From contig NC_086108.1 of assembly GCF_963921235.1 (NCBI RefSeq), positions 74,712,001 through 74,776,000 of the forward strand: a stretch of 64,000 nt of DNA, written 5' to 3'. Made by a program: the position numbers and the translations under genes. The notes beneath the pieces are model-generated. The model made no database searches and was not told the DNA's origin. It worked only from the letters and a program-made list of their open reading frames with translations. This DNA is from Mobula hypostoma. Taxonomy: Eukaryota. Shown here piece by piece: positions 50,943-62,559 of the stretch (position 1 is its first letter; every line of letters begins with the position of its first letter).

Positions 50943-53018
50943 CAGTAAAGCTAAAGCAATTAATTGAAATAGTAGAACTATTTTCTAAAGATATAAGGAT
51001 GAACTCTGGACTAGATAAATGCAGAATGTTAAACATAAAGCAAGGTGCAATAGAGCTAGTAGAATATAAAACAGGGCAGCAGGATACAATACAACCGATG
51101 GATGAATAGGAAACATTTAAACATCTGGGATATTGACAAGCAAAGAAAACAGATCATAGTGCGATCAAAGGAAAACTTTAAACAGAATTTAATTCAAAGC
51201 TTAAGAAACTCTGTCAAACTGAGCTCAATAGTAAAACTATAGCAAAGGCAACAAACGCTTTCTCTATGCTCATATTAATGTATTCTTTTGGTATATCTTG
51301 GTCTGAAACTGATCTGGAAAATTTACAAAGAAAAATAAGAACTGAAATGACAAATTTTAGAAAACACTGTACACTCAAATGCACTTGGATTAATACTATT
51401 TAGGACAGGAGTAAGAGGAATAACAGACATAAAAAATTTACACAACAGTCCGATAAAACTTTTAAGGATCTATTTTCGTCAACAAAAGCAGGATTCAGAA
51501 CTTCATATGAGCATATGAAATTCTGATAAGAAGCACACACCACTAAATTTAAATGAAAGCACAACTCAGAAAAATGAAGAAATTATCACTTTTGAAGAAA
51601 AAGTTAAGCAATGGAAGAGCGTGACTCTCCATGGAAGACATCCCCATGATCTGAGCAGACTAGATGTTGACAAGGAAACGTCGAACACCTGGCTCAGAGT
51701 TGGAGACCCCTTCTCAGAAACAGAAGGGTTCTTTGTGGCAATACTGCATCAAGTGGTTAACACAAAACATTATCAAAAATACATAATACAGAAGATGGCA
51801 AGAGAAGCCAGAAACAATTTAACATATTACAGGATCCTGCAGAATCTGATTAATTACACAGGCACAATCAGGTGACAAACATCATTCACCAAAATCTTGC
51901 TTTAAAATACAAACTCATAAAAGACACCATACCTTACTATAAATACAAACCGGATCCAGTTTTATAGTCAGAATCCTACAAATTATATTATGACTGAGGT
52001 ATTTTTACAGACAGTTCAAATCATAGTTACAGTCTGGTTATATTACAGGATAAACAAGCAAGAAAAACTTACTTAATAGGTACAACTATTCCAAACACAC
52101 ACAACATACAGAAATCAGTAAGTGAAAATCAGAAATATGTTGAATTAAAAGAGAAAATTGGAAGACTATGGAACATGAACATTGTCCTAATAGCAATAAC
52201 TACAACTGATACCATCCCAAGAAGGAGGAGAGGCAGATTCGGGGCACATCCACCTAAACCATAAAAAAAAGGCTTGATTGATCGAAGTGCCAGAGTGATT
52301 TGGAAAGGTTAGGTACAGGCCGAAACATAGCAGATGGGTCCAGGCCCAGACTCTATCAATGCGACATAGACCGGGTCTTAGGTGAGGAATGACCCGATGT
52401 TTGGCTGATTTAAACACTGGGCCAGATGAATTGAAAAGGCAGGGTGTCAGGACAAGAGGTAAAGATCAGGCTGGTTCTGCTTGCTGCTCCATGATACTTA
52501 CTCCATTTTACACTGCGCTGAGGCTAAGGTTGTGGCCTGTTCCGGGTTTTGAGTCCAGAACATTTACTCCGCTATGTGCTGAGGTTGAGGCTGTGGCTGT
52601 GGCCTTCTCTGACTACTCCGGGCTTTGTGTCTGAGGACTCACTTTCATTTACTTTTTCATTTTCTTACTTTCATTGTTTCCACAATTTGTTTTTCTTCTC
52701 TCCGCCTCTGGACATTGTATTTTTGTCTTTTTTGGGTTGTTTCAGTTTCTTGTTTTGTGGCCGACTGTAAGGAGACGAATCTCAAGGTTGTATGATGTAT
52801 ACATGCTTTGATAATAAATGTATTTTGAATTTTGAACTTTGACTTTGAGCTTTGAAAGTCATTGCACAATGGTGTTAAATGCAATATTTATGTAAAATCT
52901 CCAGAAATCCACAATGCTATACACCACTAGAATAATCCGTAAGTTCCTAGCAATTGAGAAATGAGCGTGCTTGGCTATGTCCATACCTTAGATTAGCTTG
53001 AGCTGACAAAAACATTTT
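50943..53018 (+). mobile_element. R4/Dong-clade (restriction-like endonuclease) LINE, 5'-truncated and degraded
   Basis: DIRMNSGLDKCR, LCQTELNSK, MYSFG, WSETDLENLQRKIR, TLHGRHP, SNTWL..GD.FSETEGFFVAI..QV, IIHQNLA, RLE-like region and C-terminus LQKSTMLYTTRIIRKFLAIEK* (TGA 52962-52964). Confidence 0.85.
52222..52853 (+). mobile_element. Non-autonomous element with Rex-type 3' tail, nested in the R4 LINE
   Basis: Interrupts R4 IPK/SLHNG; ends gagacgaatctcaaggttgta...ttttgaactttgactttgagctttg. A related fragment lies at about 57985-58285. Confidence 0.6.
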
Positions 53019-54650
53019 AAAAATAAATAAATAAGCAAATCATATTGGGAACATGAGATGAAGAGTCCTTGAAAGTGAGTCCATCGGCTGTGGGGACAGT
53101 TCAGTGTTGGGATAAGTGAAGCTGAATGAAGTTGTCCCTGGTTCAAGAGCCCGATTGTTGAGGGATAATAACTGTTCCTGAACCTGTGGTGTGGGCCCTG
53201 AGGCTCCTGTACCTCCTTCCTGATGGCAGCACCAAGAAGAGAGCATGAAGTGCATAGTGATATTTGCCCAGATATTTATCTGCCAAAAGTACTATGTGAA
53301 CTTCAGTTTCTTACTTAAATTCCAATCACAACAGCATCATCCACCCCAAGTAACAGTTTCATGCCCTTTAATATATCCCAACAAAATCAAGACACTCCAA
53401 TCTGAGATGATGTAATTTCAGTTAACATAACATAACATTATAAAGAGGAGCAGGAACAGGCCAACAGGCCCGAAGAGTCTGCTCTGCCCTTCAATAAGAT
53501 CATGGATGATCTAGCTGTAGACTCACCTATTTGCCTTTCTGATATGAATTTTCAATTGGGCTTCACCCAGAATGCTCCCTAACTCTGGATCCTGCTGCTG
53601 TTGGAGGTTTCGTCACTCTTTGCCTTCTCATCAATAGGTAATGCCAGCAGAACATTCCCTTGAGCATTCGTGTCACACAGGAAGCGTCACCCTTAAAGGA
53701 TGTCTGTAACGAACAGTAGATATCCCTGGCAGCTGCAGCCTATTGCACTCACAGACCTCTGATGTCCCTACGTGTTGGCACTGTTGAAGCTACATGGTGA
53801 TCGACACTTCCTAGTGTTCGTACCAAAGCATGCGTGGTAAAAACACAGACCCGGCATTGTCTGTTTCGTAGCCATGGGCATCCTTATGTTGGAGGCCTTG
53901 TGGACTGGGCTTATTGACACAAGGAAAGGAGGAGGAATGATGCATCTCTGCCTGGCTGAGTGTAGACTATCAGCCATTTTAACAAGCTCCCTATAGTCCT
54001 TCACGGGTGCATTAGTGAGGGCTATGCAAACGTCATCAGGCATTTGCTGCATGAAGAGCTCTTTAAAAAATTAAACCAGGATGGTGATTTCCCAGGACAG
54101 TCAGCATGTGGTCCACTAGCTCTGACAGCTTAGCATCCCCAGGGCTGAGCAAGGAGAGTAACCGTTTAGCATGGTCAGACTCTGATAGTCCAAAAGTCTG
54201 TAAAAGGAGAGATTTCAGTGATCAGTATTTAGTGTTCAAGTAGGTGTTCTAGCAGACTCACCACTCTTGCAGCCGTGGAGCTACTCAGCAACGCTACCAC
54301 ATCATAAAATATGGTGTCGTCCACAGTGATTTCTCGCAACGTGATTGCCCCTCAGCTTGTACAAAACAACAGCAACAGCAATTTGCTCCCGAAACTCAGG
54401 CAGTTTCAAAGTGACTGCATTGGGCAACGTGTTCAATAACTGTGGAATCGTCCTGGAGCATCGAGGTCACCAAAGCAGGTTTTCACAAATGAAACAGCAC
54501 GAGGCATTTTATGTTTAAGAAAAGCTGTAACAATTCATTTATTGTACTTCAAACACTGAACACAAAGCACGGTAACAGAACTTCATATATTTATTGTATG
54601 CCATCACATCAGACCAGCCTCTTAAAGTGAATCCCAACTTAATGTTGGTA

Positions 54651-54861
54651 ACACACATCAAAATTGCTGGTGAACGCAGCAGGACAGGCAGCATCTCTAG
54701 GAAGAGGTACAGTCGACGTTTCAGCCTGAGACCCTTCGTCAGGACTCAGCCTGAAACGTCGACTGTACCTCTTTGTAGAGATGCTGCCTGGCCTGCTGCG
54801 TTCACCAGCAACTTTGATGTGTGTTGCTTGAATTTCCAGCATCTGCAGAATTCCTTGTGAC
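54651..54861. mobile_element. 211-bp hairpin Penelope-derived mini-element
   Basis: 10-bp TSD AATGTTGGTA (54641-54650, 54862-54871); inverted arms of about 75 bp; same ends as the 14090-15639 element. Confidence 0.85.
54711..54746 (-). ncRNA. Minimal hammerhead ribozyme motif
   Basis: AGUC-CUGACGA-AG(GGUCUCAGG)CU-GAA-ACGU-C^GACU. The core is intact and stem II is only 2 bp. Confidence 0.65.
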
Positions 54862-57393
54862 AATGTTGGTAGTTGTGAATTAAGTATGTTTCCACCAATT
54901 ACATTACTGTACTCCTTCCTCAATATGAACATCAGCAAAACTTTAAAGAATAAAACGTGTGTGAGAGCCATTTGGCAATATCATGAACAAATAGATCCTG
55001 TTCTCTATCACCTTCAGATCGAATTAGACCAGCTCAGAGTAGTAACTTCACCCAGCTATCAAGCACATTTGTATAACAGTTGGGGCTGATAATTTTGTTT
55101 TTTTCTAAAATTCCCCTGATCCATCTGTAAGCCTGTTATACCACAGACCAGTTCAGCACAGAATGGGTCTTGATGGTTGGCTGCTCATGATCTGTGTACC
55201 TTAACATTTTCTTTGATATAAATAGCACATTTTGGACCATTGTGACAGCTTGATGCCATTTTAAATATATGTAAGTTCAGGAAAATTTCATTTTTTCCCA
55301 TACAAATACATCTAAGGGTGGAGAAATTTGATTTATGGAAATTGAGCCCGACCTCAGATTTCCATCCAATTTTCCTTTCCTTCATGGCAGAAATCACATG
55401 GAGAGATATTGACATTGAAAAAGTTTCCAACCTTTAACTTATATATTGGATTTCATGGCATATGTGCTAATTATTTTATTTAGCAGCTAGGAAGAAAAGT
55501 GGAAGGTTTCAATATGATTTTATTTGTATTCACTCATGGTTGCAATGGCCATAATGGCCCTATGACTTTTGAGAAGTGCATGAGCTGTTAACTCTTTCAA
55601 GATTACTCTTTGACAATTTGATGTCAGGAGTTCTTCCCTTGGGGAAGGACAGGAACTGGTTGACTGAGAAATGGAAAGACCTGAATTTTCATGGCACATT
55701 TCCTAATGTGGGCTGTACTCCTTGTTATGGAATGGGGAGTGTGGAGGCCTGTGTGTACACCTGCAGGCAACACATGGTGGATACTCTCTTGATTTAGCAA
55801 TCTCAAGTGAGTATTGGGCATTAGCCAGCAGGTGGATGCCATGCTCCCCTTTCAGGAATGATATTAAATCTTTGATGCCTCTTGAAGGAACGAGTGGTGG
55901 TGGAGCTGTAGTGATGGTGGACAGAAGGATGAGAGGAGATAAAAATTACATAGCTCAGTCTACTGCATGCCTCAGTCCCTCACTGCTGGGCTGAAGAGGT
56001 GGTCTAGTTTTTTCCATGCTCATCTCTGAATTGGGATTTGAACTCATGATTTCCTGACTTGGGTGAGAGAGTGATACTTACTGAGCAATATTTGCTCAGC
56101 TGCAGCAATTGGATTGGTACAAACCAAAGGCATGCTTAAACAATAACATTTAAATTCCTGTTTGTGTGGACAAAGCTGTATATTTTTAGTTTCTTGTCAA
56201 TGTTGAGGCTAATATGTCAGCAGTGGTCTTCACAGAATAGAAGAGAGCACAGCTGGGGAATAGGAAACAGTGACACACTCTGTCTGGGGTGTAGAAAACA
56301 AGAGAAGTGTGGTTATGATTGAACTTTATAAAATATTAGTTATGTCATAGCCAGAGTTAGCCATTAGCACTTCTGGTCACAAAACCACAGAAAGGATATG
56401 ATAGCAGTTGAAAGAGAATAGAAACCAATTATGGAGATGTTACAAAGACAGAAGTAGATGTTAGATTGCTTAAATTGGGGAAGTGTTCTTTGTAAGAAAG
56501 ACACCTGAAAGGTGATTTAATTGATGAATAAAATAAGAGACTTAAAAAAAAAAGTGAAGAGAAAATACTTATGTCCTTACAAGGATCTTCAGCCCCAAAC
56601 ATTGGCTGTTTGTTTATTTCCATGGATGCTGCCTGATCTGCTGAGTTTTTCCAGCATTTTATGTCTGTTGCTTTGGATATCCAGCATCTGTAGAACTTCT
56701 GGTCACAGAGTCAGAGAAGTACAGCACAGAAACAGGCCCTTCAGCCCATCTAGCCAATGCCCAAAATCTACCTCTGTCATCCTTCCTATACTTTCCTCTA
56801 AACACCTTCAAGTTATGTCCCCTCATAGCAACCATTTCTGCCCCGGGAAAAAGGCACTGGCTGTCCTTTCAGTTTTTGCATCTTAACATCTTGTACACCT
56901 CTATTAAGTCAACTCTCATCTTCCTTCTCTCCAAAGAGAAAACCGTAACATCACTCAACATATCCTCATAGGACACGCTCTCTAATCCAGGCGGCATCCT
57001 GGTAAATCTCCTCTGCACCCTTTCTAGATATTCCACACCCTTCCTAAAATGAGACGACCAGAACTGAACACAATATTCCAAGTGTGGTCTAACCTGAGTT
57101 TCATAGAGCTGCAACATTAACTCACAGCTCTTGAACTCAATCCTGATTAAAGAAGTCCAACCTTCTTAAGCACCATATGAACCTTTACTGCAACTTTGAG
57201 GGATCTATCAGTGTGAATCCCAACATCCCTCTGTTCCTTCACACTGTTAAGAATCCTGCCATTAACCCAGTATTTGTATTCTGCCTTCAGGTTTGACCTT
57301 CTAAAATGTATCAATTTATGCTTCTCTGGGTTGAACTCCATCTGCCACTTCTCAGCCCAGCTCTGCATCTTATCAATGTCCCTTTGTAATCTA

Positions 57394-57871
57394 CGAGAGG
57401 TGATTGATAAGTTTGTGGCCTAGGTAAAAGGAGTCAATTTTAGAAAACATAGCACATTTATTTTTCCTACATTTACACAATTAGTCCAGCGGTCGTGGAG
57501 CATTCAGATCCCTTCTTTGTAGAGGTCAGCGTCTTGGACCTCCAGAAGTAGTCCACAGCAGGGGTGGTTGATAAGTTCGTGGCCTAAAGTAGGAGGAGAT
57601 GAGTTACTAACTTCAAACTCTCTGCAGTTTCACTCAGAGTTGAACTGCACGTGCACATAATGAGAGCTGTATAACTCATTGCCTTCTACCTTAGGCCATG
57701 AACCTATCAATCACCCCTGATGTGGACCACTTCTACAAAGAAGGGATTCGTATGCTCCACGACTGCTGGACTGAGTGTGTACATGTAGGAGGGGACTATG
57801 TTGAAAAATAAATGTGCTAGGTTTTCTAAAATTGACTCCTTCTACTTTAGGCCACGAACTTATCAATCACC
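57394..57871. mobile_element. Palindromic mariner-derived MITE with four TIR copies
   Basis: TA | cgagaggtgattgataagtttgtggcc... ...ggccacgaacttatcaatcac; an inner TIR pair at about 57558-57600 and 57680-57720; mariner C-terminus HFYKEGIRMLHDCWTECVHVGGDYVEK* at 57728-57811. Confidence 0.85.
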
Positions 57872-60530
57872 ACACTATCCATAACACTACCAACCTTTGT
57901 GTCATCTGCAAACTACTAACCCACCTTTCCACTTTTTCATCCAAATTACTTATAAAAATCATAAAGAGCAGGAGTCCCAGAATGGACGTCTCCATGCTGA
58001 AGTTCAACTCGTTACTCTGAGGTTTACTCATCTCTGCACTAAACTGTGGCTGTGGCCTGCAACTATGACAGTACGAACTCACTTTTGTGAGCTTCAGTTC
58101 TGAATGCTATTTGCTTACTTTTATTGTTTGCACTTTCTTTTTCTTTCTTCTCTGGATGTTTTAAGGTCTTTTGTTTTATTGGGTTCTATTGGGTTTCTTT
58201 GTTCTGTAGCCGCCTGTAAGGAAACGAATCCTAAGGTTGCATAAAGTATACGTACTTTGATAATACAGTAAATGTACTTTAACAGATCCCTGCAGAGTAC
58301 TATTTGTCACAAACATCCAGGGTGAATACACTCCATGTACTACCACCCTCTTTTCTGTGGGCAAGCTGGTTCTGGATCCACACAGCCAGGTTTCCCTGAA
58401 TCCCATGCCTCCTGACTTTCTGAATGAGCATACCATGGAGTATCTTGTCAAAGTGTTAGCATAATCCATAAGCACCACATCCACTGCTCTAGCTCCATCA
58501 CTGTTTTGTCAATTCTTCAATAAGTTCCATCAGGCTCATGAGCTGCCCCTCACAAAGTCATGTGGATTATCAGACTATGCTTCTGCAAATAGTTGTATAT
58601 CCTGTCTCTAAGAATCTTTTCCAACAATGTGCCCACCACTGAAGTAAGGAATAATGTTTGCCTCTCTCCAATCCTCTGACACTACTCCTGTGGCCAGTGA
58701 AGGCACAAAGATCATTGCCAAAGGCACAGAAATCTCTTCTCTTACTTCCTATAAGAACCTCTAGTATATCCCATCCAGACTTGATGACATATCTACCCTA
58801 ATGTTTTTCAAAAGTTCCAGCACATCCTTTTTCTTAACATTGACGTGTTCCAGTATATCAAGACTCAAGTTTTTTTATGTGTAATTTGAAACAGGCAATG
58901 AAATGATTTGTCTGCATTAACAGCCAACACACCTAAGAGTGTGCTGGGGTCAGACCACAAGTGTTGCCACACATTCTGGCATCAACATAGTGCTCAGCAG
59001 AACAACACAGAACACAACAAGCCCTGTTCCTCCCTCCCACCAGCACACATACATAGTCCTCGAACCCCAGGACCAGCTGTCTTCTTCGGCCCCCATTCTC
59101 CAGCGGAATTGAGCTCGGATTCGGGCATTCAGACATTGGATCTCCAACTACCTAAATGGACTTGCAGAGATTCTCAGACCTGGGGCTCTGGACAACGGGC
59201 TTCGGTTTCTAGATTCTGATTTGAGCCTTGGGCCTTAATCCTCGGCATTGATCCCAGAATATGCTGATCACTGAAAGCCAGGTCTTGAACTCCAGACTTG
59301 TCGATGACAGGACCACGAACACTAGGTCTCAAACTTTGTTTTCACCAACTTACAACCCATTATGTCATTGGACCCTGTATGACCTGCCTGCATGGAATTC
59401 CAAGTCTGGAACCCACTGACTGCTTGCTGACCCAGGGGACTACCACCCTTCATTCTTCATTGCTGGCCTTTGAAAGCAGAGTGGAGACTTAAGACTCAGG
59501 CCTATCCTCTAATTTCCCCACAACCCTGTCCTAAACCCTAATCTGACATCTCACTTTCCCCTTTCTCTAATTTTTCTTCATGAACACAAAAAAGACACTA
59601 AAAATGACTAAATGAGCTGCGACCTCAACAGAAGTTGTTAATTGGCGTCACTTTGACAGACCTGGTCTAGGCTGGCCTCGCATTTGTTAGGGTCCTTCTC
59701 ACTAGCGAATACTGTAGCAAAGTATCCATTAGGGACCTCCCCTACTTATCCCTCCAGGCACATTTCCTTTTTTTCCTGATCGATCCTCACCCTCACTCTA
59801 GTCATCCTCCTGTTCATCATGATTGTGTTGATTACATGTGTGTTTTCCTTAGTCCTACTTGCCAAGGCCTTTCTAAACCTTAGGTATGTTTCTTTCTTCC
59901 TCTTGACTAGATGCTCCATATCTCCTGTCCCCACCTAGATTTCTTTGCCCTACCATCCTTTCCCTATCTCATGGGTCAAACCTATCCAGAACCCAATACA
60001 ATTCTCCCTAAACAGCTTCCACATTTCCATTGCGCATTTCCCTGACTACATCTGTTCCCAATTTACTCTCCCAAGTTACTGTCTAACAGCAACATAATTC
60101 CCCCTCCCCTAATTAAATACTTTCTCCTAACATCCGCAACTATTCTGTCTAAGACTATAAATAGAGGTCTGGGACCTGTGATCACTGTCTCTGAAATGCT
60201 CACCCAATGAATCTGAATAGGTTCATTGTGTAGTATCAGACCAAGTATGGTCTCTCTTCTCATTGGCCTGTTTACATATCGTATCAGGATTCCTTCGTGG
60301 ACACACCTCACGAATTCCACCCCATTATAGCTTTAGTACTGAGAAGATGCCAATCAACATTAGAGAAGTTGAAGTCAACGACAACAGCCCTGTTATTTTT
60401 GCACCTTTCCAAATCTACCTCCTGATCTGCACCTCAGTGGCTTGGTTGCTATTGGGGTTCTATAGATTGCACTCTAAGAGTGATTGCTCTCTTCCTGTTT
60501 CTTACTTTGACCCACTCTGATTCTGTAGGT

Positions 60531-61546
60531 CAGCAGTCCCCAACCACCGGGCTGCGGACCAGTGCCGGGCCGTGAGGAAATGATACGAGTCAGCTGCACA
60601 TTTCCTCATTCCCTGTCACGCGCACTGTTGAACTTGACCACATGCGAGGTCATTATCCGCCTGTCATCCGTGTCAGCGCAGGAAGAAGATCAACTCCTCG
60701 AGCTTGCGAATGACGGTGGGCTGAAAGGTATGTTTGACATAACATCTCTGCTGGCATTCTAGATTAAACTCAAGGCTATATATCCTGAGACAGCCACGAA
60801 AGCACTGAAAACGTTGCTTCCATTTCCAACATATTTCAACTATGAATGCAACGAAAACTAAATTGCAGAATAGACTGGACATAAGGAACCCCCTTCGAGT
60901 ATCGCTGTCTCCCATCACCCCTCGATGGGACCGTCTTGTTGCAGGAAAACAAGCCCAGGGCTTCCACTGATTCAGCGATATTAGTGTGTTGCAATGATTT
61001 TATATGTTCACATGGGGAAAATATGTGCTGTGTGTTTAATATCCAAACGTTACTTAAAATGTTACGATGCTGTTGACTTATAAGTGACTTATATAACCAT
61101 ATAACAATTACAGCATGGAAACAGGCCATCTCAGCCCTTCTAGTCCGTGCCGAACGCTACTCTCACCTAGTCCCACCGACCTGCACTCAGCCCATAACCC
61201 TCCATTCCTTTCCTGTCCATATACCTATCCAATTTAACTTTAAGTAATAATATCGAACCTACATCTACCACTTCTGGAAGTTCATTCAACACTTACTTCA
61301 AGCTCCCCTGTCCACCCCTGATAATTGACTTATCACTATATTCATGCGAGGAAAATATGCGCTGTGTGCTTAATATTAAATTTGTTAGATAAACCCTTTT
61401 AGAAATGAAATTGAGTGTATTAGCCACTTATCACCTATATTCCGGTTGTGATTAACACTCCCCCCGCCCCCCCGAACAGAATCACCAAAAATGATTTGTA
61501 GAAAAAAATCGGCACGTAGACGCATGCGCACACAGGTGCCTGTGCA
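60531..61546 (+). mobile_element. hAT (Buster/Charlie-type) non-autonomous element, right end missing
   Basis: TIR-like start CAGCAGTCCCCAACC; transposase C-terminal fragment 60661-60970 (EDQLLELAND...YPETATKALKTLLPFPTY / TKTKLQNRLDI..LRVSLSPITPRWDRLVAGKQAQGFH*). Confidence 0.85.
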
Positions 61547-61984
61547 GCCATTCATGTCCTTGTAACAACCAGGTTTCTGTAATGGCCACAGTGACGTAGT
61601 TCCATGTACTGATCCATGCTCTAGGTTCATTACCCTTGTTCCTGATATCTCTTGTATTAAAATAGTTAACTCGTTTGACTGTCTGCAGTTATGCCTTTCC
61701 ACTGCCAATCCTCCCTCACATTCTCTCTACTCACTGCATCTACCCTTACACCAACTGCCCTGTCCTCTGGTTCCCATCCCCATACCAAACTAGGTTAAAC
61801 TCTCCCCAACAGATCTGGCAAACCTGCCTGCAAGGATATTGGTTCCCCTTGAGTTCAAGTGTAACCCATCATCACCCATCATTACTATGGAATTTGAGTG
61901 GGTTCACCACATCTGAGATTTGAAGTTGAGAGCAGCTCCCAGTTTTGCTGGGAAATCCTGGAAGTATTGGTAACTGGTGGGAGG

Positions 61985-62165
61985 AGACACAAGAGATTGC
62001 AGATGCTGGAATATGGAGAAACACACAATGTGTTGGAGGGATTGAGTGGGTTGAGCAGCACCTGTGGAAGGGATGGAATTTTTGGCATTTTGGATCGGTG
62101 TCAAGAATTCCTTTCCTCCCTCAGATGCTGCTTGACTCGCTGAGTTCCTCCAGCAGATTGCTTGC
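61985..62165. mobile_element. Inverted Penelope pLTR relic
   Basis: gacacaagagattgcagatgctggaat...tgttggagg... and gatgctgcttgactcgctgagttcctccagcag. Confidence 0.7.
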
Positions 62166-62179
62166 TGCTCAAGAAGCAC

Positions 62180-62530
62180 ATCAAAGTTCAAAATTCAAAG
62201 TAAATTTATTATCAAAATACATATATGTCACCATATATGATACTACCCTGAGATTCATTTTCTTGCAGGCATTCAGAGTAAATATAAAAGAACACAATAG
62301 ATTCAATGAAAAAAATGCACACAACAAAGATGGACAAACAACCCAATGTGCAAAAGACAATAAACTGTGAAAATACAGTATACAAATGAAATAATAATGA
62401 TGATAGTAACAAATAAGCAAATAATATCGAGGACCTGAGTTGAACAGTTCTAGAAAGTGAGTCCATGTGTTGTGGGATCAGTTCACTGTTGGGGTGAGTG
62501 AGTGAAGTTATCCCCTCTGGTTCAAGAGCA
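62180..62530 (-). mobile_element. Rex1/Babar 3' UTR fragment
   Basis: tcaaagttcaaaattcaaagtaaatttattatcaaa tail and a body matching 50735-50942 plus 53019-53150. Confidence 0.75.
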
Positions 62531-62559
62531 GGAACTCAATGAGCACATTGTCTGAATTT

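Larger units (their letters stand above)
50735..53250 (-). mobile_element. Rex1/Babar 3' end acting as host for an R4/Dong insertion
   Basis: 3' UTR part 50735-50942 rejoins 53019-53250 (aataagcaaat...gaagagtccttgaaagtgagtcc...ctcctgtacctccttcctgatggcagc). An uninterrupted paralog lies at 62180-62530. Confidence 0.75.
53560..54903 (-). mobile_element. Gypsy (CsRn1-type) 5' LTR, PBS, gag and start of protease, degraded
   Basis: PBS TGGTGACCTCGATG (54459-54472, tRNA-Trp-like); gag NAVTLKLPEF and CHCC knuckle CFYHACFGTNTRKCRSPC; protease FLCDTNA; LTR about 54473-54903. Confidence 0.8.
56700..61865 (-). mobile_element. Long CR1 LINE (ORF1 end to 3' tail) broken by several nested insertions
   Basis: 3' tail at about 56700; VRPHLEYCVQFWS, WAEKWQMEFNP, ILGLLLFMIFISNLD, EN-region text at 60060-60520 and ORF1 end GLHLNSRGTNILAGRFA at about 61800-61865. 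Confidence 0.85.
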
